Under the pieces are notes generated by a model, which was not told where the DNA came from, did not search any database, and worked only from the letters and a program-made list of their open reading frames with translations. The position numbers and the translations under genes were made by a program. Below, piece by piece: positions 62,803 to 64,000 of a stretch of DNA of 64,000 bases (position 1 is its first letter; the number at the start of each line of letters is the position of its first letter). Source of the DNA: an uncultured Fimbriimonadales bacterium. Its GTDB lineage: Bacteria; Armatimonadota; Fimbriimonadia; Fimbriimonadales; GBS-DC. The DNA lies in contig CALKLF010000022.1 in assembly GCA_937992175.1 (NCBI GenBank), positions 16,318 through 80,317 on the forward strand. The letters run 5' to 3'.

Positions 62803-64000
62803 ATGCAGTACCAAAAGGCTTGGTTGTGGTTGACGGTCTGGCTGTGGGCGGTAGGCTGGCCCGTAATTGCATCCGCCCAGCTGATTGAGGAGAGAGTTAT
62901 CGCGCGTGGAGACGTTCGCAACCTGAGCGTCTCGTTCATCCATAATAACCGCGTCTATGTGTCGACCAGCAGCGAGAAGATGCTGGCGATTTACGAACAT
63001 AGCGCAACCCCGACCCCGTGGCGCGGCAGTCTGAACTATCCGGGTAATACGCCGCGTCCCAGTAGCGCGATTTTCGTAGACGGCAATTACGCTTACATCC
63101 ACTACGAGTCTGGCAGTCAGGGCAAATTGGCGATTGTGAATGTTTCCAACCCCGATTCGCCCACGCTGGTGGGCGAGCTAACCTTCCCATCATCCGATCC
63201 CACTTACATCTCGATGGCAAAGTCAGGCAACTACTTGTATCTGTTCCCTTATCAGGGCAACTTCGCGGTGGTCGATGTGTCTAACCCTGCCAGCCCGACA
63301 GTGGTGCGGCGCGTCACGGCGACAGCGTCGGCAGGCGTGGCGGTGGGCAATCGCCTGTACACCGCTGAAGGTCCGAATGGGGTGCGCGTTTACGACATCG
63401 GTCAGCCCGACACCCCCACGCTGGTGACGACGATTAGCGGCGTAAGCAACATCGGGCGCGTGGCGGCGGCGAACGGACGCCTGTACGCCCTGCGTTCCTA
63501 CAACCCCCCGCTGCAGTTACATATTTTTGATCTCAGCAACCCCGATAACCCCACCTTGGTTCACAGCTACAACACGGAGCGCGTGATGGGGCTGGCGGCG
63601 CTGGGCGACTTCGTGTTCCTTTCAGGCTATGAGCGCGGCACAGAAGTGCTGAATGTTGCGAACCCCAGCGCGCCTACCTCTGTGCGCGTGCTGCCGAATC
63701 ACAGCGTCCAGAACGCGGATCCTGTTTCAGGTCGCGTGTTGATTCAGGGGCAATCGATTCTGGTGCTCCATAACCCTGCAACGAACCAAACCGTGCGTCA
63801 GGAGCTGCCGTACCCCATCCGCGCCGAGCAGCGGGGCAATATCGTCTATACAGTTGATGAACAGAGCGTTCTCGCATTTGATGTGTCGAACCCCTCTGTG
63901 CCCAGCCTGCGCGGCGTGGCGTATCTGCAAACGCAACGCGAGTCGAACACGGATCTCGCCCTGATAGGCGCGAACCATCTCGCTGTGTCGTCGGCGGGCG
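62803..64000 (+). CDS. secreted LVIVD-repeat beta-propeller protein (3'-truncated by the window edge)
   Basis: Not in the ORF track because it has no stop within the window. My translation from ATG 62803: MQYQKAWLWLTVWLWAVGWPVIASAQ..., then repeated units such as GKLAIVNVSNPDSPTLVG, NFAVVDVSNPASPTVV, GVRVYDIGQPDTPTLV, LHIFDLSNPDNPTLV, TEVLNVANPSAPTSV and VLAFDVSNPSVPSL. RBS gcggagg upstream. Confidence 0.7.
   Translation, partial: MQYQKAWLWLTVWLWAVGWPVIASAQLIEERVIARGDVRNLSVSFIHNNRVYVSTSSEKMLAIYEHSATPTPWRGSLNYPGNTPRPSSAIFVDGNYAYIHYESGSQGKLAIVNVSNPDSPTLVGELTFPSSDPTYISMAKSGNYLYLFPYQGNFAVVDVSNPASPTVVRRVTATASAGVAVGNRLYTAEGPNGVRVYDIGQPDTPTLVTTISGVSNIGRVAAANGRLYALRSYNPPLQLHIFDLSNPDNPTLVHSYNTERVMGLAALGDFVFLSGYERGTEVLNVANPSAPTSVRVLPNHSVQNADPVSGRVLIQGQSILVLHNPATNQTVRQELPYPIRAEQRGNIVYTVDEQSVLAFDVSNPSVPSLRGVAYLQTQRESNTDLALIGANHLAVSSAG

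Overview
High-GC bacterial chromosomal segment. Hand counts of sampled 60-nt lines give about 40/60 G+C in housekeeping genes. It is almost fully coding, and I support 58 protein-coding features. I found no rRNA, tRNA, CRISPR array, transposase or integrase.

Gene content:
- Housekeeping genes: mtaB, dapD, trxA, ispG, aspS, ispE, panC, rplI, rlmN, apt, a dGTPase-like gene, alaS, cca and nrdAB.
- A partial flagellar block: fliM, fliN/Y, fliO and fliP.
- Many secreted or surface proteins: a PEP-CTERM protein, an HAF-repeat protein, an S8 protease, two dockerin-like-tailed proteins and an LVIVD beta-propeller.
This mix suggests a diderm environmental lineage. I cannot assign a taxon from the sequence alone.

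Main points of interest:
1. A tightly packed operon on the minus strand (36690-40399) encodes five integral-membrane or membrane-associated proteins. I cannot place any of them in a known family. The last one ends 1 nt before an M24 Xaa-Pro peptidase gene.
2. Every large intergenic gap is filled with several families of short GC-rich palindromic or hairpin repeats. Two copies of one family sit in-frame inside ispE.
3. A low-GC gene encodes a RelE/ParE-like N-terminal domain fused to an SF1 UvrD-like helicase, followed by a small unknown ORF.
4. The nrdB-nrdA spacer contains at least nine hairpins, including a 46-bp tandem repeat.
5. There is a solitary Dam-like methyltransferase and, elsewhere, a roughly 59-codon remnant of a second DNA methyltransferase.

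Most long ORFs antisense to these genes are high-GC artefacts and were rejected. All homology calls rest on motif recognition by eye. No database search was run.
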